Of a stretch of 64,000 nucleotides of DNA, positions 12,405 to 27,240 are shown in pieces (within the stretch, counting starts at the first letter, position 1; each line of letters opens with the position of its first letter). The DNA lies in assembly GCF_006345805.1 (NCBI RefSeq), contig NC_043012.1:35898001-35962000 (forward strand), given 5' to 3'. Source of the stretch: Octopus sinensis (Eukaryota). A model generated the notes under the pieces. It saw only the letters and a list, made by a program, of their open reading frames with translations, ran no database searches and was not told where the DNA came from. Both the position numbers and the translations under genes were made by a program.

Positions 12405-14449
12405 CAAATAATTACAGAGGTATCGAGCTCTTGGATCAGGTAATGAAGATCACGGAGAGGGTCATAGCCCAACTAATTAGGGAGGGAGTCAGTTTGGATG
12501 AGATGCAGTTTGGTTTCATACCAGAGAAAAGCACCGCTGATGCTATATTTCTGGTGAGACAGCTGCAGGAGAAATACCTAGCCAAAGATAAGCCCCTGTG
12601 CCTGGCTTTCGTTGACATGGAGAAGGCCTTTGACAGGGTCCCCCCCCTGATCCCTTATCTGGTGGTCAATGAGGAAACTAGGGATAGATGAATGGTTAGT
12701 GAGAGCCGTGCAAGCCATGTACAGGGATGCTGTCTGTAAGGTGAGGGTTGGCAACGAGTACAGTGAAGAATTCCAGGTAGAGGTAGGGGTCCACCAAGGT
12801 TCAGTCCTCAGTCCCCTCCTATTTATCATAGTCCTCCAGGCAATAACGGAGGAATTCAAGACAGGATGCCCCTGGGAGCTCCTCTATGCTGATGACCTTG
12901 CTCTAATTTCTGAGTCACTAACAGAACTAGAGGAGAAATTCCAGGTGTAGAAGGAGGGATTAGAATCGAAAGGCCTTAGAGTCAACGTAGCTAAAGCCAA
13001 AGTCCTAATAAGTAGGAAGGCAGGCAAACCACAAATCTCTTCAGGTAGATGGCCCTGCTCGATCTGTAGAAAAGGCGTAGGTAGAAACTCTATAAGATGT
13101 ACCCAGTGTAAGCTATGGATACATAAGAGCTGCAGCAATATCAAAGGAAGGCTAACTGGGAGAATAGTTTTCGTATGTGGCAGATGCTCGGGAGCTATAA
13201 ATAATACTGAAAATGTGCAGAGAACAACTTCCGCCACATTCCAGGGAGAAAAACTAGAAGTAGTTGATAGCTTCCGTTACCTAGGTGACCAAGTCAGTAG
13301 CAGGGGAGGGTGCACTGAAAGTGTAGCTGCAAGAATAAAAATAGAGCTCTTACCTCTGCTGGTGACAAAGGGCCTCTCGCTTAGAGTAAAAGGTAGACTG
13401 TACGATGCAAGTGTACAAACAGCCATGCTACATGGCACTAAAACATGGGCCGTGACTGCTGAGGATATGCGTAAGCTCACAAGGAATGAAGCCAACATGC
13501 TCCATTGGATGTGTAATGTCAGTGTGCATACACGACAGAGTGTTAGTGCCCTGAGAGAAAGGTTGGACCTAAGAAGCATCAGATGTGGTGTGCAAGAGAG
13601 ACGACTGTGCTGGTATGGTCATATGATGAGAATGGATGTGGATAGCTGTGTGAAAAAGTGCCACACCCTAGCAGTTGAGGGAACCTGTGGAAGAGGTAGA
13701 CCCAGGAAGACCTGGGATGAGGTGGTGAAACACGACCTTCAAACATTGGGCTTCACTGAGGCAATGACTAGTGACCGGGACCTCTGAAAATATGCTGTGC
13801 TTCAGAAGACTCGGCAAGCGCAAGTGTGACCATAACCTTGTGGCCTATGCTAGGGGTGTAACCAGTCCACTTATACATGCCTTTTCTTCATTGGACACTA
13901 AACTCTACTTGCGAAGACCAGTTGAGGCAAGTGAAATTGAAATCGAAATCAAACTCGATTGCAAAGACCTGTTGAGGAACATGAAATCAATCAAACTCAG
14001 TGACTGGCATTTGTTGCTAGTGGAGCACTAAGAGTACCATACGAGTGAGATCGTTGCCAGAGCAACAAGCTGGCCTTCCTGCCGATGGCCCGTTAAACAC
14101 ACCATTCGAGTGTGATCGTTACCACGTCGCCTTACTAGCACTTGTGCTGGTGTTACATGAAACATTCAAGCGAGGTCATCACCAGTGCCGCTGGACTGGC
14201 TCCTGTGCAAGTGGCACATGAAAAGCACCATTTGGGTGTGGCCGTTGCCAGTACCACCAAACTGGCCTCGTGCCGGTGGCACGTAAAAGCACCCACTACA
14301 CTCTCGGAGTGGTTGGCGTTAGGAAGGGCATCCAGCTGTAGAAACTCTGCCAGATCAGATTGGAGTCTGGTTCACCAGACCTCAGTCAAACTGTCCAACC
14401 CATGCTAGCATGGAAAGCGGATGTTGAATGATGATGATGATGATGATGA

Positions 14450-14480
<31 letters not shown>
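12405..14480 (+). mobile_element. 5'-truncated, decayed RTE-clade LINE (RT domain, PHD-like finger, thumb, 3' UTR, (GAT)n tail)
   Basis: NYRGIELL..QFGF..STADAIF..AFVDMEKAFDRVP, GVHQGSVLSPLLF, LLYADDLAL, FRYLG, RLCWYGH, RGRPRKTW motifs. Frameshift near 12645, in-frame TAG at 12948, (GAT)n tail from about 14428. Confidence 0.93.
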
Positions 14481-14482
<2 letters not shown>

Positions 14483-14699
14483 ATACGACAGGCTTCTTTC
14501 AGTTTCTGCCTACCAAATCCACTCACAAGGCTTTGGTCGGCCCAAGGCTATAGTAGAAGACACTTAATTTGACGACCTTGAAAGGACGAAAGGCTAAGTT
14601 GACCTCGGTGGAATTAGAACTCAGAACATAGAGATGGGTGAAATACCACTAAACATTTCATCTAGCATGCTAATGATTCTGCAAGCTCACTGCCTTAAC

Positions 14700-14758
<59 letters not shown>

Positions 14759-15139
14759 CGATAATGGTGATGATGATGCTACCATCACAACTGCAACCAC
14801 CACTACTACTGTTACTACTTAATATATTCCAGTCGTCCCATACTCCCTACCAACCAGATCCCTACTCCCAAACAACTCCCTTTCAATGTTTACCACATCA
14901 TCTTAATCCCTAACCCTAACACTAACCCCACCCCTCATTCCAGTCCACCAATCCCCTCCCTTCCTCCCTTCCTTAATCAACCAGTATTTCCAATTCCGTT
15001 TTTCGCTGCTGCATCCTCTCTCCCACATTAAGACCCAAATCCCCAAGGTTTCCTCTCGAATTCTTCTTCGTCGCAGTTCTGAAAGCCTTGATGATAATCG
15101 GCAGAATCATGGCCTTGTCACATTCCTTATTCCAGCATT

Positions 15140-15560
15140 GGTATCTTCCATCTTGTATCTTTTTTACTTGTTTTAGCCATTGGGTGGTGGCCATGCTGGG
15201 GCACCCCCTTCAATGGTTCAGTCAAATAAATCAATTCCAATATGTTTTTGCAGCTTTTCTATTTTTTAAAAAAAAATTTCTTATACTTATTTTATCAGTC
15301 TCTCTTTCCTGAACCACTAAGTTATAGGAACATAAGCCAATGCTTGTCATCAAGAAGTGATAGGAGACACACACACACACACACACACACACACATCTAT
15401 GACAGGTTTCTTTCAGTTTCCATCCACCAAATCCACTCCCAAGGCTTTGGTCGGCCCGAGGCTAAAGTAGAAGACACTTGGCCAAGGAAATTGTCACACA
15501 ATGGAAATGAACCTGGGACCACGTGGTTGAGAATCAAACTTCCTATCACCCAGCCACAGC
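15140..15560 (-). mobile_element. SINE family A copy
   Basis: Similar to 469-882 in both halves. Confidence 0.7.
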
Positions 15561-15857
15561 TTATATTGTATCAGAATGCCCACAATTTTCTCAAAATGAG
15601 AAAAATTGTGGTAATGGTTCCCAGGAAGTTTTTGCATGGACAGCAAAGAACAATGAACAACTTGTGAGAAGAGAAATGGGATTGTTTGAAAATGGTGAAG
15701 TGAGGTTGTATGGAATCTTCCCATTGAAACCATAAAAGCCTGAAGTCATTAACAAGAACAAAGTCTGTTTCGGACTGATATGAGTTTGTCAGTTTGATAG
15801 CAGAGTCCAGGAAAAAGGAAAAGTAGTATGTGATGTTTTTAGGCTCAGGCATGGCAG

Positions 15858-16285
15858 CAGCACTTGATTAAGCATTAAACAAAATAAGCATGTGCTTAGG
15901 GCATAAAGGGAAGGAGGGGGGAACCACAGAAATGGTAAATGGTTGACGGCACAAAAGAAATCACTTTAAACTTGCTAAGATAATATTCGGTATGCCTTTA
16001 TCTCTACTGAGTATAGATGCAGATGTGTTACCTAAGATTAATTTTAAGGATCTGATCAAAGACTTTGCAATTCCAAAAAGTAGGAGAAAACTTTTCCAAA
16101 TTTAAATAAAGTGGAAGGAGACAAAAATAAACATTATTTTCCCTCTTACTGTTTTGTCTCGTTTTGAAAAATAAGAATTTATTTTATGGTTTGTTATTGT
16201 TTATATTTTGAATTGCATAATCTTTTATGGGGGCACCAAAATCTTTTAAGTGCTTAGGGCCTCAATGGGTCTTAATCTGGCCCTG
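15858..16285. mobile_element. Probable hAT-like non-autonomous element
   Basis: Right end gcttagggcc..cttaatctggccctg; degenerate left end cagcacttgattaag..gcatgtgcttagggc. Confidence 0.4.
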
Positions 16286-16735
16286 CATGGTAGTGTGGCT
16301 AAGAAGCTTAATTTACAACCAAGTAGCCTCAGGTTCAGTTCTCCTGCATGGCACCTTGGTCAAATATCTTCCACTACAGCCCTGGGCCAACTAATGCCTT
16401 CTGAATGAATTTGGTAGATGGAAATTGCATTGAATCTTTTCATTTCTGTGTGTGTGTGTGTGTGTGTATGTGTGTGTGTGTGTGTGTGTGGTGTGTGTGT
16501 GTGTGTGCGTGCGTGCGTTTGTCCTCCATTACTGCTTAACAACTGATGTTGGTGTGTTTCTGTTCCTGTAACTTAGCAGTTCAGCAAAAGAGACTTATAA
16601 AATAAGTACCAGGCTTTCCAAAAAAAAAAAAAAAAGTAATAAAAAGCATTGGGAGTCAATTCATTTGATTAAATATTCTTCAAAGCGGTGCCCCAGCATG
16701 GCCACAGTCTAATGACTGAAACAAGTAAAAGCTAA
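16286..16735 (+). mobile_element. SINE family A copy
   Basis: gtgtggctaag..aggttcagttc head, (TG)n linker, ccccagcatggccacagtctaatgactgaaacaag tail. Confidence 0.7.
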
Positions 16736-16960
16736 AAGCTAAAAGCTATCATTTTATCATCATCCCACATCCTACATTGGTACGAACAATCCTGTTTATC
16801 CTTCCTTCTCTTGATCCAATTAATCCTTAGAACAAGTTCTTCTGTTACGAAAATCAATCCCTCCTCACTCTCTTTCTTCTTTTTTCAATATTCCTTTCAT
16901 TAACCTAAGACAGCTGTCCTTATCAATCTCTCTCCCTCCCTCTCTCCCTCCCTCTCTCCC

Positions 16961-16991
<31 letters not shown>

Positions 16992-17324
16992 CCCTCTCTT
17001 GTTTGTCTTGCTGTAAAACATTGAATGGAGATTCTTTCCTTCAATGTCTTTTCCTGTTTTCTTTTTGTTCGATTTTTCTTTCTTCTTTTTTTTTTTTTTT
17101 TTACTATTTCAGCTCTGCCAGCTCTGCAACTAATCCAACTCTTCCCATCTCCTTAACAACAACAACAACATCTTCTCTTTCTCTTCTTCTTCCACATAGA
17201 ATCTCAGACTTGTTTTTCTCTCATTCTACAATCTCCTCAAACACTCATTAACCTCCTTCCTGCTTCTGCTCTCCAATATAAACAGTCCACATCTGATTGG
17301 TGGAAGGCAGCTTATTTCTTTCTG

Positions 17325-17504
17325 TCATCATCATCATCATCAAGAGCATCATTGTTGTCGTCATCGTCATCATCATCATCATCATCATCATCATCAAGAG
17401 CATCATTGTTGTCGTCATCGTCATCATCATCATCATCGTCATCATCATCATCATCGTCATCGTCATCATCATCGTCATCGTCATCGTCATCATCATCGTC
17501 ATCG

Positions 17505-17542
<38 letters not shown>

Positions 17543-17905
17543 GTTCATCATCATCATCATATCATCATCATCATCATCGTCGAATCATCATCATCATCGT
17601 CATCGTCATCATCATCATCATCATCATCGTATCATCATCGTCATCATAATCATCATCATGTCATCATCATCATTCATCATTCGTAATCGTCATCGTCATC
17701 GTCATCATCGTCATCATCATCGTCATCATCATCATCATCATCGTCATCGTCATCGTCATCATCATCATCGTCATCGTCATCAATCATCATCATCATCGTC
17801 ATCATCATCATCATCATCATCATCATCGTCATCATCATCATCATCATCATCATCATCGTCATCATCATCATCATCATCATCATCATCGTCATCATCATCA
17901 TCATC
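17325..17905. repeat. (ATC/GTC)n array
   Basis: Direct reading. Confidence 0.95.
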
Positions 17906-18106
17906 AAGGCAGCAAGCTGGTACAATTGTTAGTTTGTCAAACAAAATGCTCACCAGCATTTCCTCCATCTTTTATATAGCTGAGGTCAACTTTGCCTTTC
18001 ATCTTTTCAGGGTTGATAAAATAAGTACCAGTTGAACACTGGGGATTGATGTAATCAACTATCCCCCACCCAACGAAATTTCAAACCTTCACTCTATAGT
18101 AGAAGG

Positions 18107-18156
<50 letters not shown>

Positions 18157-18196
18157 CATTATTATCATCATCATCATCATCATTATTATTATTATA

Positions 18197-18230
<34 letters not shown>

Positions 18231-18278
18231 TTTATATTATTATTATTATCATTATCATCATCATCATCATTATTATTT

Positions 18279-18323
<45 letters not shown>

Positions 18324-18702
18324 TCATTATCATCTTCTTTCGATTCTGTTTCCATTTGTTGCTGAGTGTCTTCCTGACACCTAGGGCAGAGAAATGCACT
18401 GTATACACTGGTAGGCCATTAAAATAAACACGCCAGATAGTTCCTTTACAAAGTCATGTGATAGAGAAAAGGGGGAAGAAAGACAGAAAAAATAGAAGAT
18501 AAAAAAGTAAACAAACAAAAATAAAGAGGATAAAGGGAAAGAACAGCAACAATCCGCTTCATTTGATTAAATATTCTTCAAAGCGGTGCCCCAACATGGC
18601 CACAGTCTAATAACTGAAACAAGTAAAAGACAATCTTTTGTGCTAACTGCAAGGATGGTAAGCTAGGGATCATTGTTAAATAATTTTCAGTTCCCTTTTT
18701 GA

Positions 18703-18754
<52 letters not shown>

Positions 18755-19804
18755 CATCATCATCATCATCATTATTATTATTATAATTATTATGTTATGT
18801 TTTAGTGGTCAGAGTATTTGGCTCAAAACCATGAGATGGTGAATTTGATTTCTGGTAGTGCATTATGGCCTTGAGCAAAACACTTTATATCACATTGCTC
18901 CTGTCCACTCGTCTGGCAAAAATGAATTGTACCTGTAATATCAAGGGCCTGGCGAGTCACATTCTGAGAAGGTGATGAGCTGGCAGAACCGTTAGCATGC
19001 TGGGCAAATTGCTTAGCAGCTTTTCACCTTGCCTTTATTTTTCTATTTTCAAATTCCTCCGAGGTCAGCTTAGCTTGCCATCCTTTCTGGGTCTATAGAA
19101 TAAGTACCAGTTGAACACTGAGGTCAATGTAATCAACTTAACCCCACCTTTGCCCATGAAATTGCTAGTCTTGTGCCAAAATTTGAGACCGTTATTATTA
19201 CTTTTGCTAGATGTTTATTGTAATTAAGGTGAAATTTATAAAATACTGATTACAATACATGGGAGGAGGAGGAGGAAGAAGAGGAAGAAGACGAGGAGGA
19301 AGAGGAGGAGGAGGAGGGGGAGGAGTGTTCTGAGATATAGGTTGAAGGATTTGAAGAATGTCATATTATGAAATGTAGATGTTGTTGTTGTTATTGTTGT
19401 GGATGTTGTAAATCAATTTGATGAAAGGTAATTTGTCATTCGTCACATAACCTCACCTACAATTCACTTGATTGGATCTCAGTGTTTGCCGTTCGTTTAT
19501 TGCGTTCTAGTGAAACGATAAAGGATATGTGCTGTTGACTTCTTGATTAAGGCCTGTGATTGCCGAAGGCTCTTGAACAAACTGGGTGACCACCTGGCTG
19601 CAGAAAATCAAGGACACCACAAATAACTTACGTGAAATTTCTTAATCCAATTACAAACATGGAAACATAAGTAATAAAGAAAGCAGGTGAGGTCACACCT
19701 GGAACAAAGAAGGATGGAAGATGTGGTTTGTGGGGTGAGGTGTTATGACTTGTGACCTGATTCGAAGTGAAGTGTCTCAATGTTTGTCCAGTTATGTGTG
19801 TGTT

Positions 19805-20060
19805 CTTTTATTCTTTAACTTGTTTCAATCATTTGACTGTGGCCATGCTGGAGCACCACCTTTAGTTCAGCAAATCAAAGCCAGGACTTGTTCTTTGTAA
19901 GCCTAGTACTTATTCTGTTGGTCTCTATTGCAGAACTGCTAAGTTATGGGGACGTAAACACACCAGCATCATTTGTCAAGCGATAGTGAGGGGACAAACA
20001 CAGACATAGAAACATATATTACACACACACACATTATACACACATACATACATACATACA

Positions 20061-20102
<42 letters not shown>

Positions 20103-20195
20103 CTTCTTTCACTTTCTGTCTACCAAATCCACTCACAAGGGTTTGGTTGGCCCGAGGCTATAGTAGAAGCCACTTCCTCAAGGTGCCATGCAGAC
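19805..20195 (-). mobile_element. SINE family A copy
   Basis: Similar to 469-882. Confidence 0.75.
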
Positions 20196-20727
20196 ACAAA
20201 CACACACACACATGCACACACACACACACATAGATATATACATATAGATCTATGGATCTCTCTCTATCTCTCTTACACTCTCATATATATATACATATAT
20301 GCGCACGCACACACACACACACACACATACACACACATATACATAGTTATTATGTAGGTAGTTAGGGTAATACGCAGTTGTTTCCTCTTGAAACATACCT
20401 GCTTATTTCATTATCACCATCCAGTGACATAGATATTTATTCACAGGGTGTCAGGTAAAATAAACATCAGAGATGCATTGCCCCACCCAGAAATCACAGA
20501 AGCTGCTCAGTAGTTTCGCAATAAATTCTAAATCCATTTGTGATACTGGGAACCTTTCTGCATCATCAGCAGGTATCTCAGATTAATGAGTGTTTCTCCC
20601 TTTAGCCTGTATGCTTCACCTGTGTAGGGCAGCAAAAACTGAGCTAGTCTTCACCCATGGAAGGATCCCACTTGCAATTTCTTATCGACAGACAGACAGG
20701 TAGATAGATAGAGAGACAACCAGGTAG

Positions 20728-20778
<51 letters not shown>

Positions 20779-21725
20779 GAGACAGACAGACAGGTAGATA
20801 GACCGACAGACAGACAGATAACTATTTACAGGGTCATAAAATTATGCTGATGAACACTGAATTGGCTGAGTTATCAGAGCTACAGTTGGAATGGCTTGTA
20901 GCTTTTATTTTAGACCTTTGCATTATGAGTTCAAATCTTGCTGAGGTCATCTTTGTCTTTTGTATTTTCAGGGTTAATAAAGTATTAGTACTAGGGATTC
21001 TTCTTCTTCTTCTTCTTCTCCTTCTTCTTCCTCTTCCTCTTCTTTTCCTTCCTCTTCCTCTTCTTTTCCTTCCTCTTCCTCTTCTTTTCCTTCCTCTTCC
21101 TCTTCTTTTCCTTCCTCTTCCTCTTCTTTTCCTTCCTCTTCCTCTTCTTCTTCTTCTTCGCCCCCTCTTTCTCCCTTGCTCTCTCTCTCTCTCTCTCTGG
21201 ATTGTTCTTGCAGTTTAAATGTCCAGTTTTGTCATATGCCACCATGTCTATTTGACCTAAGATTCGCATTAAGAGGACACCTAACTCAGGAATACTCAAC
21301 CATTTACCCATCCATTTCACAAGGATTTATTTATCTAAACAACTGAATGCTCTCCATCAAAACCATATGACAATCAACCCCTGCCCTTTCAACAGCCCTG
21401 ATTAAATTGGGCTAAACTGACCTCTGTGACCAGGTTTAGCCAAATAAAAAGTCCAATGGTTACCAGCAAAACACTCCCTGTCCTAGCACAACCTCTTCTC
21501 CATTGTACTAATACTCACAACTCACTAAAGAGCACCAAAGTTCACTGGTGGATCAATGAACCATTTTCCTCTCCCTGTCACACACATCTCACTGATTGAA
21601 GTGCATCCTCTGTTTACCTCACACCTCCCCTCTGGTGCACTACAACACTTTGTCCTCTCTGTCCTCACCGGTGGATCACAAACAACTGATTCTGCATAGT
21701 CAAACGACAGGGATCTGCCATCATT

Positions 21726-21770
<45 letters not shown>

Positions 21771-22051
21771 TGTGTGTGTGTGTGTGTGTGTGCCTGTGTG
21801 TGTGAGTCTATACACGTAGAGTATGAGAGTTTTGGGACATACAGATACACGTGATTGTGTCTATGTAAATACATATATGTAAATACATATGTCTATGTAA
21901 ATACAATATACACACATATATACACACTCATATATATTCATTCTTTGATTTGTTTTAATCTTCATGAACATGTTCATATTGCTTTACCATCTTTAAAGTT
22001 GAATGTTCTATCATATATACACACACATTTATAAATATATATATCCCACAC

Positions 22052-22102
<51 letters not shown>

Positions 22103-24061
22103 ATATACATATATAATATATATATATATGTGTGTGTATATATATATATATATCATTTAATGTACACAGTATAAAAACACAAGCTACTAATAGTTTCTTA
22201 CTTTGGGGACATGTGTCTAGGCAGGTTTTGTAACATACCTTGTGTCTCCAAGCAATTCTCAGGCTCTTAACACATGGTCTATTTTTGTTGATTTTACCTT
22301 AATGGAACAATAAACTATATATAGAAAAAAAATATAGTCAAATACGCTCATTTGTTTCTCAGTTACCTGTATTTGTAAATTCCTTAACCCTACATCAACA
22401 AAACATGTATTTCTGTCTGCATAACAACCAAATCACTATTTCTACATCAACGTACTGAGAGGTTACATTTCACTGAAGAGCTCCAACAAGGTGAAGCCTC
22501 TACAGGTATCTCCCTCACCAGCTAATGACAAAATAAGATTACTATAGAAATAAAATAGATTTTAAATCATTATCTAAAATCAAATTTTATTTCACTGCAT
22601 AATTTGAATCACTGAATTTATTTTGAATGTTTATGTTCTAAACATTGAATATATTCACCTACTTAAATGTCTACTTCTTTATGTATGTGTGTGTGTGAAC
22701 AGATACACTACCAACTTTTCAGCATCCTTGGTTCCAGTGGCACCAGATTCATACCAGATTATCCATTTTATTTTAAAGCCTATAACTGCAATCCTCAAAG
22801 ACTATTACCAATTTCTTAATAACGTTTCACTACTAAACCTTCACGACACACCATTCTTTATTCTCTAGAAACGTTATATGTTTTGAATCTTTCTTCTAAC
22901 TCTTCCACTATAATAATATTGAGATCTAAATATTTAAAACAAAGTCTAATGTTAGACGCTAACCTGCTTACTAGAGGGCCCCTACCCTCATCCAGACCAT
23001 CTCTTGAATGATAACTGTGAAAGGAATATATTTACTTTTCACTCTCCCATGCTGGGATACTGTATTCTCTGCAGTGAAGATAAGATATCTATTAACTGGC
23101 TCTTTATAAAGAGAGAATCCTTAGGGGTTCAACGCATTGTGTTAGATTTAGTTGTAAATATTTGCATCTTTATATTATTATGGTTAGGAAGAGTGTTTCC
23201 ACTTTCTAGTGTTGTTACAAGTGAATAAATAAATGTATGTCAAGAAGGATTTATAGGGAAAGAAAAAAAAATTTAATGATTGCTGGGGAAATTCAACTGT
23301 TTTCACATTGTTATGTCTGGATTAAAAGAGGAAACAGATCATCAGTTTGCTGGAAAGTCAGTAGTGTTCCTGTATGTGTGTGTGTGTGTGTGTAAATATA
23401 TACATATGTGTGTGTATGTATGTTTATGTATATGTCTTTGTATATATGTGTATGTTATATTGAAGATATGGCGTGTTTGAGTTAAACCCATTTTATTATG
23501 AATGACTACGGACCTTTCCCTGTTGTTTTAATCCCTAATGCTTAATTCACATTTATAACATCATTTCTAAGTCTGTTAATATTTCAGGAATTTCTCAGTC
23601 CCATCTCCAGAACGAAGTGGTGATGGTAGTGTTATCATCATATAAAGAAGAAATATTAAAATCATTAATAAAAACAAAGTTATATCTCAAACATCACTTT
23701 GTCTGCAATATTACATTTTGTGTGTGTGTGTGTGTGTGCGTGTGTGTGTGTGCGTGTGTGTGTGGGTGTGTGTTTGCCTATGTATATGTATAGAACTCAT
23801 TTCTGAAGATGGAGAATGAATTTAGCACATGTATATTATTGGTTACAATTGTTTCGGTGCCACTCAGTCTTTACACCATTTGCACGTGAATGATTTCATG
23901 TTGAAAAGTCACGTCATGTTTGCGGTTGATTAAATTGGATCAGCACATCGTCAAACTTGCATCTAAAGGTTGTGTTCACTCATTGTGTATATATATACGG
24001 TCAAACGCATACATACATACATAATATTTATATACATATATATCATCGAATATATATATAC

Positions 24062-24156
<95 letters not shown>

Positions 24157-24167
24157 CATATACATAC

Positions 24168-24198
<31 letters not shown>

Positions 24199-24316
24199 CA
24201 TATACATATACATATACATATATGTATATATATATATATACATATATACACATAAATATATATTCACACACACACACACACATATATAATATATAGATAT
24301 AGATAAATATATAAAC

Positions 24317-24368
<52 letters not shown>

Positions 24369-24621
24369 ATATGTATGTGTATATATTATATATATATATA
24401 TATGTGTGTGTGTGTTTTATTTTATTTTTCTGTTATGTTTTTTTTTTCACTTTTCTGCCAATTGTTTGCATGTGAATGCTTGCCACTGCATCTCACACTC
24501 ACTGATGTATCACTCTCTCTCTCTCTTTCTCTCTTTTGCCTCCACATCAACAGGTGTACTGCTATCTATGGTTGGACCTTGTGGTGAATATTGCTTCTTT
24601 TTTTTAACTACTTACTATATT

Positions 24622-24654
<33 letters not shown>

Positions 24655-24763
24655 TGACATTTTTATTGTTGTTTTTGTTGTTGTTGCTAATGTTATTCTA
24701 ACTACTTGCACACACACACACACGCACCAACATATGTTGCTGCTTAAGAACACGCCCCTTTAT

Positions 24764-24819
<56 letters not shown>

Positions 24820-25544
24820 GTGCTGTTGTTGTTACTGTTGCTGCAGCTATTCGTACATGAAAGCTATTTTGTAGTTTAGCTTGGTTTATTCCGTTGGCTA
24901 TAAATTTACCATTTTCTATTTGATTCCAGTTTGCCGTTATCATTGCTGCTGCTGATGCTGCTGCTGTTGATGTTGTTGTTGTTATTGATGTTGCTGTCAC
25001 TGTTGTTATTGTTGTTATTGTTGCTGTATATATTTAAATGAAAAACATAGAATGTATTATATTTTGTTATTTCTATTGTTGCTGTTGTTGTTGTTGTTTT
25101 TTTTAATGCCTTTTTTTATAGGCAATGAACCGGCAGCTTCGTTAGCATCGTCAGACAAAATCCTTAACAGAATTTCATCCATTTTTATGTTGTAAGTTCA
25201 AATCCTGCTGCGGTCAGCTTTGCCTTTCAGAGTTGATGAAACAGGTACCAGTTGTACGCTGGGGTCAATGCAATTGACATGCCCCTCTCCCCACAAATGT
25301 TTGTGTGTGTGTGTGTGTGTTTGTTTGTGTCTTAATCAAGTGTGGATGACATTAACGTAAATAACTTATTATAATAAGGTAAAACATATAAAAAGCAAAG
25401 AATAATGACTGCATTCACTGAGTCTTGAACTCATACCTTCAGGTTCACTCCTTGGTGCATAGACTTCTGTGTTGTATGCTTTCATGTAAACTCAGCTGCC
25501 AAGATTAACTACTTAAGAGATTATATAGTTGTAATACTGGCATA

Positions 25545-25561
25545 TGATAATAATAATAATG

Positions 25562-25594
<33 letters not shown>

Positions 25595-25605
25595 TAATAA
25601 TGATG

Positions 25606-25649
<44 letters not shown>

Positions 25650-25788
25650 CATAATGAGAATGAGAATAATAATAATGATAATGAGAATAATAGTAATAAT
25701 AATGATAATGATAATAACAATGATAATGATAATAATAATAATAATTATAGTAATGATAAAAATAATAATAATAATAATGATAATAATG

Positions 25789-25823
<35 letters not shown>

Positions 25824-25869
25824 TATAGTAATGATAAAAATAATAATAATAATAATAATGATAATAATG

Positions 25870-25905
<36 letters not shown>
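25545..25905. repeat. (AAT/GAT)n array
   Basis: Direct reading. Confidence 0.95.
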
Positions 25906-26010
25906 GCAACTTGAATGTGGAGCCTAAAAACAGAAACAATTCCTATCATAGTAGGCGCAATAGATATGATAAAAAAATATTCAGACAAATACATAACAAA
26001 AGCATTTGGG
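25906..26010 (+). mobile_element. Small R4/Dong-like RLE C-terminal fragment inside a TAA array
   Basis: Reads MWSLKTETIPIIVGAIDMIKKYSDKYITK, like the PI(I/V)(I/V)GALG motif ending RLE ORFs. Confidence 0.6.
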
Positions 26011-26043
<33 letters not shown>

Positions 26044-26890
26044 GATTTTGGCATATGTGTGTTTGAAGGAAAGGATTAGAAAATGAGGGAGCTGCATCTA
26101 TTTGTGATGGATGCATGAATGTATTTTGAGTCCAGGAATGGATTTTGCTATGAAGTAGCAATGGGGATGGTGACAATTTTGATTTTGCCAGGGGTTGGAT
26201 ACATGTGTCTGTTGATTAGAGGACAGGAAAGGCAGATGCTGCAAACTGACAGGAATATCATAAGAGGGACCTGTCTCTTGTGTCAGTTCACCATGTCTCT
26301 CTTTCCGGTCTCTGGTGCTGAAGAGGAGATAACCACTCTGAAATGCATAAATCTGATTATGGGAATGCTGTGAAAGGACACAGTCTGTTTACACCAACGT
26401 GTCAACAGTGAAAAATTTTCTCCATGATAAAATACAATTGAAGTAGTCCCAGCGCTGTGGGATGCAAAGTTTAAAAAGATAGTATAGGCATACCGCAAGG
26501 GTTAGAGAGAAGGGAGGGTATCATCAACGTCTGCTCATGACTACACAGGCACCTGAAACAATTAATGAAAGCATGGTACAATCTATTATGTCATACTCGA
26601 TTGCAAGTGATGGCTGTGCATTCATGTGTGCAATTTCACTGATAAAAAATAAAAAGGAGCAGTAAACAAACCACAAAGAGAAAAAGAATGCATGAGTGAA
26701 AGATGTCCATAGGGACACTGGACACTGGTCATCTTCTATGCAGAAATTAATTATATCACATGGAACTTCACAACTGAGGACCAGTTTAGCAAAAAGAGAC
26801 TATTTAGGGATCAACTGATGTATTAACATCTCTCAATAGGATCTCTACAGGGCAGTGGGGATTCAGGATACCCAAGTTATTTGTTCAAAT

Positions 26891-26951
<61 letters not shown>

Positions 26952-26982
26952 ATCTATCTATCTATCTATATCTATCTATATA

Positions 26983-27027
<45 letters not shown>

Positions 27028-27088
27028 GCATATACATTTATGTATATATTTATTTATCTATCTAACTAGCTTTCTGCCTGTCTATTTG

Positions 27089-27144
<56 letters not shown>

Positions 27145-27153
27145 ACTATCTAA

Positions 27154-27203
<50 letters not shown>

Positions 27204-27240
27204 GTCTGTCTGTCTGTCTGTCTCTCTGTCTAACCATGTA

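Noticed and set aside
15570-15735. Unique-looking ORF SECPQFSQNEKNCG... as a missing exon
   Set aside because: Weak acceptor and donor, lies among repeat debris, and phases already join without it.
19440-19720. Unique patch with a minus-strand CAC|gtaagt donor
   Set aside because: No ORF, acceptor or partner exon found, so no antisense gene can be supported.
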